Shown: piece by piece, positions 1 to 9,999 of the stretch
How positions within the stretch are numbered: the stretch's first letter is position 1
Layout of the letters: every line of letters starts with the position of its first letter
Source of the DNA: an uncultured bacterium
GTDB lineage: Bacteria > Krumholzibacteriota > Krumholzibacteriia > JACNKJ01
Reading direction: 5' to 3'
NCBI GenBank assembly: GCA_963695095.1
Contig: CAVOFT010000001.1
Location: 1,376,001 to 1,440,000, forward strand
Length of the DNA stretch: 64,000 nt
Notes under the pieces: generated by a model
What the model was told of the DNA's origin: nothing
What the model saw: the letters and a program-made list of their open reading frames with translations, nothing else
Databases searched by the model: none
Program-made: the position numbers and the translations under genes

Positions 1-1
1 G

Positions 2-187
2 CGCCTGGCCGGCCTCAGTGGCAGCATCGACGGCTATTTCGAAAGCGTGATGGTCAACAGCGAGGACGCCGCCCTGCGGGGAAATCGGCTGGCCTTCCTG
101 CGCAATCTCGCCCAGCTCTTCCTACATCTCGCGAATTTCTCGCGCGTGGTCCTGGAGGGGGAGCGGGAGCCCCTCCCGGAGCGCTGA
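2..187 (+). CDS. glyS: Glycine--tRNA ligase beta subunit, C-terminal fragment (5' truncated by window)
   Basis: Frame 2 reads RLAGLSGSIDGYFESVMVNSEDAALRGNRLAFLRNLAQLFLHLANFSRVV..., matching the GlyS DALR C-terminal pattern (ID.FF..VMV..ED..LR.NRL.LL); stop TGA 185-187. Confidence 0.85.
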   Translation, partial: RLAGLSGSIDGYFESVMVNSEDAALRGNRLAFLRNLAQLFLHLANFSRVVLEGEREPLPER

Positions 188-269
188 GCCGGCCCATGCA
201 CTTCTCCTGGGGACTGTCAAGGGCCTTTCGGGAATCGCATGCCCCACCCGGCTGTCATGCGGTCGTTAC

Positions 270-299
270 TTGACTTCGCAAACCCCCAGCACGTAGACT
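270..299 (+). promoter_or_regulatory. Putative sigma70-type promoter for exoprotein A1
   Basis: TTGACT(270-275)-N18-TAGACT(294-299); same TTGACTTC/N18 layout as the promoter at 7710. Confidence 0.55.
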
Positions 300-569
300 A
301 TTAGCACTCGGATTGGGTCTTCGTGTCTGGACCCCTCAAGCAGGTTGGGACTCGCCAAGTCTTCCCGATGCCTGACGAGCGGGTGCAGGGACTCCCGGAA
401 CCGGTTGCGGCGATCCTGCGGTGCCGCGGCGATTCCGGGCGGGGGCCCCCGTCCCGGGTCCCAACGGTCTCGGGGGTGCGGAGTTCCAGCCTGAGTAGCC
501 CCACGGGCCGGTCCGGATCCGGCTCGACTGATTCGTCTCGAAACAACCATTGCCTTAATGGGGGGTAAT

Positions 570-3500
570 ATGAAGAGGATCCTCTCTCTGACCCTAAGCC
601 TCGCTCTCGTGGCCCTGGTGGCAAGTGCCGGGTTTGCGCGCGATGTCGTCAAGGACACGCGCACGAACTTCGAGTACCGCACGCCGCAGCCGGCCCCGGT
701 GACTACCGCGAGCGCTCGGGCAGACACGTTTTTCCTGTTCGCGGCCTCGGGTCCCGGCGCCAAGGGCATGCCGGGCACCAACAGCCGCGGCTACACCTTT
801 GACAACGGCTCCGGTGGCCCGGCCACCGCTGGCTGGACGACCTACGATGCCACGGCTCAGGCCGGGACTTACTGGCATCTGCAGGCGCTGACGCTGAGCA
901 ACGGCCACGGCACGGATTTCTCGACGGCGGCTGGCTTGCCGCCGACGGGCGGCCCGACCGCTGGTAACGACTTCGCGTGGTGGTGCGGTCGCCAGAACGC
1001 TTGCGGCTGGGCGAATCCCACCGGCTACGGCACCAGCTGGAACCAGTGGCTCGAGCTGGCGGTGCCGGCGGCGGCCACCGGCGGCACGATCGAGTTCGAT
1101 TACGTCGCGGACTTCGAGGGTGACACCTTCGACTTCTTCACCCTGTACACGAAGACCGGCGCCAACGATCCCGTGCAGCTGTTGACCAACACCATCAGCG
1201 GCGAGCAGACCGTGCTCCACTACGGTCCCACCGCTTTCGGCGATGTCGACAAGCTCATCTTCGCCTTCGTGTCCGATGGCGGCTGGTCCGATGAGGACGG
1301 CTCCTTCATCACGGACATCGGTGCGGTCTGGGTCGACAACTTCGTGGTCGACTACACCGGCGCCACGGATCTGGCCTGGAACTTCGAGGACGGCGTCGAG
1401 GCCAACTACCCCGCGCTGACCGCGAGCTTCCCCGCGGGCGCGGGCATCTACGGCGCGCTCTATGCCAATCTGTTCAGCGAGGACGTGTGCATCACGAACT
1501 CGACCTATGCCTGGGCTTTCTTCGATCTGAACACGACGAACCCCGAGTACCCGATCCCGGTGACCGCCTACGGTCCGCCCTACGTCGAGAACGGCATCCA
1601 GAGCCCGATCTTCGAGAAGGCGCACGCCCTCGGCGATGCCGTGGGTACCTCGGTTCTCGATCAGCACGATGCGAACTCGCAGTTCCTCGTCCGCTGGATG
1701 GTCTACCGCGACCTGCCTCTGAACGCGCTGATTTTCTACCAGCTGTTCGTCGCGGCGCAGACCGTCGAGGTGCCTTGCCTCGGCCAGTGGGCCAACAACA
1801 ACACCGTGTGGTACGGTGACGACAATGCCTGGGGCGACTGGTTCATCGACTACACGCTGCGTCTGGCGACGTCCGCGGCCGGCAATACCGTCAACGGTAT
1901 CGCCATCCGTCTGAACTCGCTCGACCAGTGCGGCGTCTGGTGCAACACCTACGGTGACGGCACCGGCCATACCCCCGCGCCTTACTTCGACATGGTCTCG
2001 GCGATGCTGGTCAACAGCTCGTCGATCGCCTGGAACACCGACGTGTTCCGCCGCCTCCAGGACAACTTCCCTGAGACCAGCGGCAAGGTGCGCATCGACA
2101 GCTGCGATCGACGTTCAGCCCACCACCAGCACCACGCTGGTGATCGGCGACTCGACCCGCGTCGACCTGAACATGGACGGCAACGGCGGCATCGGCCTGG
2201 ATCCCAACACCGGCACTCGCCGCGCAGTGTACATGCACTTCCGCGTCGTGGCCGGCCCGCATGCGGGTTCGACCGCCGCGGCGATGGGCGATCCGGACAT
2301 CAGCGACGGCATCTACTCGCCGCTCGTTGGCACGACCGTTGTGAACGGTGAGACCTGGAATGTCGCGGTGGCGGACACTGCCCGCTACCAGAGCACCCAG
2401 AGCCCCGGCTCCTGGGCCTTCGACCTCGCGGATGACTACTTCGAGGCCGGCGACGTCATCGAGTTCTACTGGAAGGGCATCGCGGCCGACGCTACCGTGT
2501 CGACCCGTCCGCTCTACGCCGAGAATGCCGATCCCGAGCTGCGTAGCTACTACACCGTGCGCTGCCTGCCGACGGCCGGCGCCACGATGCTGTACTGCGA
2601 CGACGGCTGGGGCGCTGGCGGCGTCGGTTTCATGCCGTACTGGGAGCTGGCCTTCCGCTACAACGGCTACGAGGACTACGATGTGTACGTGACCCAGGCG
2701 CCCAGCTCGGGTCTGCACAACGGCCTCGGCGGCCGCGCCGAAATCGGTGACATCGATCAGTACCAGGTGATCATCTTCGACAGCGCTGACCTGCCCACCT
2801 ACACGATCCAGAACGCGCTGCCCGATGACCTCACCTTCGACGACGTGCTGCTGGACGACTGGCTCGTCAACAGCTCCCACAACACCTGCCTCTGGGTGCT
2901 GGGGAACGAAATCGCGACGGACCAGGCGGACGAGCCGAGCTTCCTGAACAACGACCTTGGCGCCGTGCGCATCCTGTCCGGCACCTACTATGATGACCTC
3001 ACCGGCATCGTGGTGCCCAAGGTGTTCTCGTCGCATCCTGCGCTGCTGATCGGCGGCATCCAGCCCTACTTCAACGTGGATGCGGGCTGCCCGTCGATCG
3101 ACAACCTGGATCTGGTGGCGCTGAACACCGGCAACCCCCTGGCCGTCGAGGCCATGCGGTGGGCGGTCACGGGCGGCAGCCAGGCCAAGGCTGGTATCTA
3201 CAACCAGGATCCGGACGGCAATGGTACTGCCCTGAGCCCCGGTGGCTTCACCAACCGGACCCTGTTCAACCCGTTCAGCTACTATGAAGTCTGGGATGCC
3301 GGCTTCGGCACCGGTCAGGGCTACAGCTACGCTCGCCTCTTGGTTGGCGACGTGCTGTCGAACCTCTGCGGTTTCGATCCCAACGGCACCCCGGACGGCG
3401 TGGATGTCGTGCCGGCGAGCTTCGCGCTCAAGGGCAACTTCCCGAATCCCTTCAACCCCACGACCACGATCAAGTTCGATCTGGCTGCCAGCGAGTACGT

Positions 3501-3693
3501 GCACCTGAACGTGTACGATCTCAGCGGCCGCCTGGTGAAGACGCTGGTTGATCAGCCGATGTCGGCTGACAGCCATGAGGTGGTTTGGGACGGCAAGGAC
3601 AACGGCGGTGTCCGCGTGGCCAGCGGCGTGTACTTCTACAAGCTGGTCGCCGGCGATTTCAACGCCACCGAGAAGATGGTGATGTTGAAGTAG
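570..3693 (+). CDS. Large secreted exoprotein A1 (~1040 aa) with C-terminal FlgD-Ig/T9SS-like sorting domain; one +1 frameshift near 2103
   Basis: Signal peptide MKRILSLTLSLALVALVASAGFA; ORFs 558..2351 and 1954..3693 join at KVRIDS/AIDVQPTTSTTLVIGDS, collinear with intact paralogue 4349..7474; C-terminus NFPNPFNPTTTIKF...VYDLSGRLV...WDGKDNGG..VASGVYFYKL...KMVMLK. Confidence 0.85.
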
Positions 3694-3760
3694 TCCGCTC
3701 ACTCGTTTGCTCTCGCGCACGAAACAACGTGCGCGACCCGCAAACGAGCTCGCTTGCGAA
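3690..3760. repeat. Cruciform/REP-like element, copy 1
   Basis: GTAG start; 9-bp stem CTCGTTTGC/GCAAACGAG, 2x3 internal loop, 9-bp stem TCGCGCACG/CGTGCGCGA, loop AAACAA, then CTCGCTTGCGAA; homologous to reverse complement of 7471..7545. Confidence 0.75.
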
Positions 3761-3770
3761 AGCAGAGCAG

Positions 3771-3802
3771 AAGGGGGAGCCGCAAGGCTCCCCCTTTTTC
3801 TT
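3771..3802 (+). terminator. Rho-independent terminator of A1
   Basis: AAGGGGGAGCC-GCAA-GGCTCCCCCTTTTTCTT hairpin plus T-tract. Confidence 0.9.
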
Positions 3803-4348
3803 GCGCGCGAGGTGCTCCAGGCGCTCGGCCGGCACCCGCGGCCGCCGGCGCCCGTTGCCGCTGGTCGGGACGGGGATGACGGCGGACGGACAACTCAATG
3901 ACGAATACCGCTCCCAGCGCCGCCGCCGGTTTCCTCCTATAACACAAGCATTGACAACGGTATGCGATGGTGGCCCTCGGGCCCTCACAAGGGCCTTTTA
4001 TCTCTCGCCTCCTGATCCCTGTTCGCCCCCTCGGATGGCATCTGTAAAAGTTGTACCGCACGCATTGACAAGGACTTACGATCAGAGGCCGGAGCGCCTT
4101 GGGTACGGCTCCTGCAGGGGCCCGATTGGTTGTTTCGAGGCGAGCCTAGCCTCGAGGGGCCGCCGTCCCGGCCGGGCTGCGGGCCGCGGCGCGTGACCGC
4201 AGGGCAAGCGGGCGACAGGGCCAAGACACCGGGCAAGCGATCCCTGGTCCTGCTCTTTTCCCCCCGCGCGCTCCACGCCGCCGCGGGCGAGGCATGATCC
4301 GCCGAGTCGGCGATTCCTCATCACGACTCACAGGACTGGGGGAATACC

Positions 4349-7300
4349 ATGACTCGACGACTGATCACTGCCCTGCTGGGGCTGGCAGCGTTCATGCCGC
4401 CTCTGCAGGCCGCGGCCCGAGAGGCCGCGCGGCCCGATCGAGGCCACATCGCCCTGGAGGGCCCCGCGCGCGGGGCCCCGCCCGCAGCGAACCTCCGCGC
4501 TCGCGAGGACACGCTCTTCCTCTTCGCGGCCTCGGGGCCGGGCGCCTACGGGGCACCGGGTACCGACGACCGCGGCTATACCTTCGACAACGGCGCCGGC
4601 GGCCCGGCCATGGCCGGCTGGACCCCGGTGGATCTGACGGTGCAGGCCGGCGCGTGGTGGCACCTGGCCGACGCCGACATGGTGGACGGCCTGCCCACGG
4701 ACATGAGCGCCGCCGGCCAGCCCTGGACGGTGGGGGACACGAACAACGACTTCGCGCTCTGGTGCGGGCGACAGAACGTCTGCGGGTGGCTCAATCCCAC
4801 GGGCTACGGCAACGACTGGGAACAGATCGTCGCTCTGGCCCAGCCGGGCTTCGCCACCTCGCTGCAGGTGAATTTCGTCTACAACAGCGACTTCGAAGGC
4901 GACGTCTACGATTTCTTCACGGTCGAGATCGAGGTGAACGGAACCGCCCAGGAGGTGTTCCGGCACAACGTGGCCGCCGACCGCACCTTCCACGACTTCA
5001 GCGTGACCATCAACAAGGCCGACTACCCCACCGGGGCCAATTTCGGCGATGTGCTCTTCCACTTCAGCGCGGACGGCGGCTGGTCGGACGAGGATGGCTC
5101 CTTCATCTCGGACATCGGCGCGGTCTGGCTCGACAACCTGGAGCTGAGGGCGGACGCGGTGACGGTCTTCCGGGCCGACCTCGAGGATGGCGTGCTCCCT
5201 GCTGCCATCGACTTCACCGTGCCGCTGGGCGCGGGCAGTTTCGGGGCGCTCTACCAGGGGCTCTTCTCAGAGGACATCTGCATCGTCAACTCGAGCCATG
5301 CCTGGGCGTTTTTCGACCTCAACACCACGAATCCCGAGTACCCGATCCCGGTGACGGTCTACGGGCCGCCTTACATGGACAGCGCCGTGCGCAGCCCCCT
5401 GCTCGAGCGGGCTCACGCGGCGGGCAGCGCCGGCGGACAGCCGCTGGTGATCACGCCCGAAACGCAGGTGAATCTCGAGTACTGGGTCTACCTGGACATG
5501 CCGCTCAATGCGCTCGTCTTCGAGAAGTGGCGGGTGGCGGCGATCACCGAGGAGCAGCCCTGCCTCAGCGGCTTCAAGGATGACCAGACGAGCTACTACG
5601 GGGACCAGAAGATCTGGTTCGCCGCGGACCGCAACGTCACGCTCGCGGTCGCCGAGGCGGCGGCGGGTGGCACGGTGACGGGCCTCGTCGTCCAGATGGA
5701 GTCCATCGACCGCTGCCCGGACTGGTGCAACCAGTACGGCGACGGCACGGGCCACACGCCGGCGCCCTACTTCGACAACGTGCGCATCAAGCTGATCAAC
5801 GCCTCGGCCGTGGCCTGGAACGTGGATCAGTACCGGCGCTTCCAGGACAATTTCCCGGAGGTCGGGACCGGCAAGGTGCGCATCGACAACAGCGACGACA
5901 TCGCGCCGCCGAACAGCAACACGCTGGTGATCGGCGACTCGACGGTCGTCGACCTGAACATGGATCTGGCGGGAGGCATCAAGCCGAACGCGAGCAATCC
6001 CACCGGCCAGACCCGCCCGGAATTCTACCTCTGGTTCCGCGTCGTCTCCGGTCCCCATGCCGGCTCCACGGCGGCCGCCATGGGCGATCCGGACGCCGGC
6101 GACGGCATCTGGTCGCCGCACGTGGGCACGGCTGACTTCAACGGCCTCACCTTCAACGCCCTGCTCGCCGACTCGGCCCGCTACCAGGGCACGACGGTGG
6201 CGGGCACCTATGCCTTCGACTTCAACGATGCCTTCTTCGAGCCCGGGGACGTGATCGAGTTCTTCTACCGCGCCGAATCCGGCACGGGGGTCATCGAAAC
6301 CCGTCCCCGCTACGCCACGGCCAACGATCCTCAGCTCCGCGCCTACTACACGGTGCGCTGCCTGCCGACCGCTGGCGTGGCGATGCTCTACTGCGAGGAC
6401 AACTTCGGCGATCTGCCCTGGTGGGATGAGGCTTTCCGCTACAACGGCTATGCCGACTACGACATCTACACCACGCAGGCGCCGAGCTCGGGCCTCAACA
6501 ACGGGCTCAGCGGGCGGGCGGAACTGGGGGACATCGACCAGTACCAGGTGATCGTCTGGGACAGCAGCAACCTGCCTTCCTACACCCTGAGCAACGCCCT
6601 GCCTGAGGACAAGACCTTCGACACCGTGCTCCTCGACGATTGGCTGGCCAACAGCAGCCACGACACCTACCTGTGGGTGATGGGCTGTCAGGTCGCCAAT
6701 GACCTCGGCGCTTCCGATCCCTTCCTCGGCACCGATCTCGGTGCCTCGCTCCTGTTCGCCAATCAGTACCTGGACGACGTGACCGGCGTGCTCGTGCCCA
6801 AGGTCTACGCCACCCATCCCGCGCTCGAATGGCTGGGCGCCAGCCCGAGCTTCTGGGTGGACGGCGGCTGCCCCTCGGTGGAGAACTTCGCCATGGTGGC
6901 CCGCAACGGCCAGTTCGCGCTGGAGAGCCATGCCTGGGAGAATACCGGCGGCACGACGGCGGTGGCGGGCATCTACAACCGGGATCCGGACGGCAACGGC
7001 ACGGCGACGAGCGCAGCCGGGCACATCAATCGCACGCTCTTCAACCCCTTCGGCTATTTCCAGGTGCGGGACGCCGGCTACGGCGTCGCCCAGGGTGTGG
7101 ACTACGCCCGCAAGATGGTGGGCGACATCCTGTCCAACCTGCTCAGCCGCGATCCCGACACCGTGCCCGATGGCGCGGGCGAGATCCCGGCGGCGACGGC
7201 GCTCAAGGGCAGCACTCCGAATCCATTCAATCCCAAGACCACCCTCCATTTCGCGCTGGCCGTCGACGCGCCCGTCCACCTGGGCGTCTACGACCTGGCC

Positions 7301-7474
7301 GGGCGGCGGGTGCGGCAACTCCTGGCCGGCGAGCGCAGCCTCGCCGCCGGGCAGCATGAAGTCGTCTGGGACGGCCGCAGCGATGCGGGCGACCGCGTCG
7401 CCAGCGGCGTCTACTTCGTCCGCATGCAGGCGGACGCGGTGAGCCAGACGCTCAAGCTGGTGCTTCTCAAGTAG
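4349..7474 (+). CDS. Large secreted exoprotein A2 (1041 aa), paralogue of A1, C-terminal FlgD-Ig/T9SS-like domain
   Basis: Signal peptide; blocks shared with A1 (DGGWSDEDGSFI.DIGAVW.DN, WAFFDLNTTNPEYPIPVT.YGPPY, YGDGTGHTPAPYFD, YYTVRCLPTAG); C-term PNPFNPKT...VASGVYF...KLVLLK. Confidence 0.9.
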   Translation: MTRRLITALLGLAAFMPPLQAAAREAARPDRGHIALEGPARGAPPAANLRAREDTLFLFAASGPGAYGAPGTDDRGYTFDNGAGGPAMAGWTPVDLTVQAGAWWHLADADMVDGLPTDMSAAGQPWTVGDTNNDFALWCGRQNVCGWLNPTGYGNDWEQIVALAQPGFATSLQVNFVYNSDFEGDVYDFFTVEIEVNGTAQEVFRHNVAADRTFHDFSVTINKADYPTGANFGDVLFHFSADGGWSDEDGSFISDIGAVWLDNLELRADAVTVFRADLEDGVLPAAIDFTVPLGAGSFGALYQGLFSEDICIVNSSHAWAFFDLNTTNPEYPIPVTVYGPPYMDSAVRSPLLERAHAAGSAGGQPLVITPETQVNLEYWVYLDMPLNALVFEKWRVAAITEEQPCLSGFKDDQTSYYGDQKIWFAADRNVTLAVAEAAAGGTVTGLVVQMESIDRCPDWCNQYGDGTGHTPAPYFDNVRIKLINASAVAWNVDQYRRFQDNFPEVGTGKVRIDNSDDIAPPNSNTLVIGDSTVVDLNMDLAGGIKPNASNPTGQTRPEFYLWFRVVSGPHAGSTAAAMGDPDAGDGIWSPHVGTADFNGLTFNALLADSARYQGTTVAGTYAFDFNDAFFEPGDVIEFFYRAESGTGVIETRPRYATANDPQLRAYYTVRCLPTAGVAMLYCEDNFGDLPWWDEAFRYNGYADYDIYTTQAPSSGLNNGLSGRAELGDIDQYQVIVWDSSNLPSYTLSNALPEDKTFDTVLLDDWLANSSHDTYLWVMGCQVANDLGASDPFLGTDLGASLLFANQYLDDVTGVLVPKVYATHPALEWLGASPSFWVDGGCPSVENFAMVARNGQFALESHAWENTGGTTAVAGIYNRDPDGNGTATSAAGHINRTLFNPFGYFQVRDAGYGVAQGVDYARKMVGDILSNLLSRDPDTVPDGAGEIPAATALKGSTPNPFNPKTTLHFALAVDAPVHLGVYDLAGRRVRQLLAGERSLAAGQHEVVWDGRSDAGDRVASGVYFVRMQADAVSQTLKLVLLK

Positions 7475-7545
7475 TTCGCAAGCGAGTCTCCCCTCCTGGC
7501 CGCGCGCGTTGTTTCGCGCGCGGCGGGAGGGGAGCGAGCGTCTAC
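7471..7545. repeat. Cruciform/REP-like element, copy 2 (inverted relative to copy 1)
   Basis: GTAG-TTCGCAAGCGAG...CTCCCCTCC/GGAGGGGAG and CCGCGCGCG/CGCGCGCGG stems, loop TTGTTT, ends GAGCGAGCGT-CTAC. Confidence 0.75.
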
Positions 7546-7590
7546 AACGCGCGCGGCGCGGAGCCGAGCCCGCACCTTTCAACTCCAGCC

Positions 7591-7616
7591 GGGGGAGCCG
7601 CTTGGCTCCCCCTTTT
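7591..7616 (+). terminator. Rho-independent terminator of A2
   Basis: GGGGGAGCC-GCTT-GGCTCCCCC-TTTT; stem identical to the A1 terminator. Confidence 0.8.
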
Positions 7617-7709
7617 CCTGCTCCCGGGCCCCGGCGGCAGCCGCCGGGGCCCGGGGTGCGGCCGGCGCCCGGCCCCGGGACGGCTCCGGGGTGCCTCGGG
7701 GCTTTTGGG

Positions 7710-7739
7710 TTGACTTCAAATCCCACAATTCCCTATATT
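7710..7739 (+). promoter_or_regulatory. Putative sigma70 promoter of the lipoprotein operon
   Basis: TTGACT-N18-TATATT in an AT-rich patch ~75 nt upstream of ATG 7815. Confidence 0.65.
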
Positions 7740-7814
7740 ACAGCCGCTTTACCCCACTCATGCCTGCCCTCGTGCCCCGAGACTCCACACCCTGGGTGGA
7801 AGGAGCGGATTATC

Positions 7815-9941
7815 ATGCTGGGGATTGACCGCCGCCTGAGGACTTCCCTTCTGGCCGCCGCCGGGCTTGCCCTGGCCTTGGGTCTGGGTTGTCGCCGCGA
7901 GTTGCCCGAGCTCTTCGACCGCAACAAGGCGCCGGAGACCTACGTCACCGCGGCCCCGGTGGAATCCCTCTTCGATGGCTTCCGCGTACAGCTCAACTGG
8001 TACGGCCTCGATCCCGACGGCGAGATCGCCTACTACCTCTGGGCCTGGACCGACTCCTCGCGCGCCTACTTCTCGGCCTGGAATCCCGAGACCCGGGCCG
8101 ACGACCGCATCCTCCGCGAGGGGCTCTTCGAGGCCACGCACCTGACGACGCGCACCGATTCCATCTTCACCATCCAGGCCAACGACAACGGCGGCACGGC
8201 GCGGGACGTGACCTTCAACGTCACGGCCGTCGACGATCAGGGCAAGCGCGACCCGGTGCCGGCGCGGCTGTACTTCTTCGGCAGCGTCGACGCCCGCCCC
8301 CAGATCGTCTGGCTCGACACGCCGCCGGACACGCTCGACTCCGGGGAGGCATTCACCTGCCGCTTCACGGCGACGACCCAGAACGGCTACATCCTCGGCT
8401 ACAGGTGGGCCTCGGGGGCCGATCCCAACTTCGAGCCCCAGAGTAGGACCGGCGAGCAGATCTGGACCTACCAGATCGCCGATGACTGCAGCAACGTCGA
8501 TCTGGAAGACGGCTACTGCGGCCTGCAGGATTCGACGGCGATCAGCCTGAGCTTCGCGAACGACATCGGCGGCGCCGATTCTCTCATGGTCGAGTTCTAC
8601 AAGTTTGGCACCTTTCTCATCAAAGCGCGCGCGATCGACCTGGCCGGCGTCGAGTCCGAGTTGAACACCTCGCTGAGCAATCTGAAAGGTGCCGTGGCGC
8701 CGGTGCTCAACCGCGACCCGGATACGCGCCTGCGGCCCTGGGACGGCGCCGAGGACTACCCGATCGAGGTGACCTATCCGACGGGCCAGGGCCAGAGCGA
8801 GGTCTACCGCCTCAACGCCGTGCGCGTGGATACCCTGCCCGACGGCCGCCCAGCGCCGCCCGGATTCCACTACGCCGTGCGCGAGACCGTGCCCTGGGGC
8901 GCTACCGCCTGGATCCGCTTCTTCTGGCAGGGCTGGGATTACGACGACCCCATCATCGCCGCCGATATCGAGGACATCGTGGGGGACGAGGATACGATCC
9001 AGACCCGCTTCCAGATGAGCTACTCCTGGACGAAGCAGAACCTCACGAATGGCGCCGCCTTCAGCGCCAACTCCAACGGGCGCTATCCGGCCGGCGGCGA
9101 GCTCGGCTACCCGGAGGAACTCGAGTTCGATGCTTTCGGCGAGGCGGGCAGCACTTTCCGGATGAACATCCTGCCCGTGACCTATACGGTCTACGGCTAC
9201 GCCCAGGACCACTTCGAGCGCGTCGACGGCACGCCGGTCTCGGTCACCTTCACGGGCGGCTTCGCCTCCACGGTGGACAGCATCGTCCTCAGCGCCACCA
9301 AGGGCGACGGCAGCCCCTCGGGCGTGCGCGTGAACCTGAGCACCCTGCCGCCGGGCGCTCCGGTGCGCGTCGCGCTGCATGCCTATCCAGCGTTCTGGCC
9401 GCCCACATCCGAAGTCGGCGCCTGGAATCCGACAACGCGCACCTTCACATTGAATCCGAGCGTCGTCACCGGGGTCGGGCCGAGCGCATTGGACGAGTTC
9501 AATCCGACCTTCACGTTCTATGGGCACGACGACCCGCGCAACGGCGAAGCCGTGCAGCTCGGGCGCGCGCGCTGGGATCTGGTGGATCCCGACTTTCCGA
9601 TCAGCAGCCTGCAATTCGTGACGGATGTCTACGAGGCGGCCGACCAGACCACCGTGAACTTCTGGAAGGAGGTCTTCCCGGGCAACGCCGATCCGCCGGC
9701 CTCCGGGAGCTTCACCGTGCAGCTCAAGATCCGGGACATCTTCTCCGCGATCAACGCGGGCCCGACGCCGACCTATCTGGGTCCGAAGACCTTCCAGGGC
9801 GAATTCTGCAATACCATCGCCTCGCAGGTCGTGACGGAGATGATCGAGGACACGCCGCAACGCCAGATCGGTCTCAATAACACCGGGCGCGTCAGCCTGC
9901 CCCTGCGCGCCCAAGTCGATATTCAGTACGCGCCGTTCTAG
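7815..9941 (+). CDS. Lipoprotein L1 with Ig/Y_Y_Y-like beta-sandwich repeats, unknown function
   Basis: GGAAGGAG RBS, ATG 7815; lipobox LGLG-C; N-terminal module NKAPETY...VQLNWYGLDPDGEIAYYLW...FNVTAVDDQG resembles L2/L3 modules. Confidence 0.8.
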   Translation: MLGIDRRLRTSLLAAAGLALALGLGCRRELPELFDRNKAPETYVTAAPVESLFDGFRVQLNWYGLDPDGEIAYYLWAWTDSSRAYFSAWNPETRADDRILREGLFEATHLTTRTDSIFTIQANDNGGTARDVTFNVTAVDDQGKRDPVPARLYFFGSVDARPQIVWLDTPPDTLDSGEAFTCRFTATTQNGYILGYRWASGADPNFEPQSRTGEQIWTYQIADDCSNVDLEDGYCGLQDSTAISLSFANDIGGADSLMVEFYKFGTFLIKARAIDLAGVESELNTSLSNLKGAVAPVLNRDPDTRLRPWDGAEDYPIEVTYPTGQGQSEVYRLNAVRVDTLPDGRPAPPGFHYAVRETVPWGATAWIRFFWQGWDYDDPIIAADIEDIVGDEDTIQTRFQMSYSWTKQNLTNGAAFSANSNGRYPAGGELGYPEELEFDAFGEAGSTFRMNILPVTYTVYGYAQDHFERVDGTPVSVTFTGGFASTVDSIVLSATKGDGSPSGVRVNLSTLPPGAPVRVALHAYPAFWPPTSEVGAWNPTTRTFTLNPSVVTGVGPSALDEFNPTFTFYGHDDPRNGEAVQLGRARWDLVDPDFPISSLQFVTDVYEAADQTTVNFWKEVFPGNADPPASGSFTVQLKIRDIFSAINAGPTPTYLGPKTFQGEFCNTIASQVVTEMIEDTPQRQIGLNNTGRVSLPLRAQVDIQYAPF

Positions 9942-9999
9942 CCCCAGAACGGCGGGGTCGGCCCCCCCCGCGGGGGGGCCGCAACGCGGGAAGCGAGCC

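Noticed and set aside
372..545. Hammerhead-like CTGACGAG ... CGAAAC in the A1 leader
   Set aside because: Elements are ~160 nt apart, stem II does not pair beyond one base, and no matching stem I/III with an NUH site was found.
9959..9981. C8/G7 palindrome between L1 and L2 as a phase-variable tract or terminator
   Set aside because: Intergenic with no T-tail; most simply an intercistronic stabilising hairpin.
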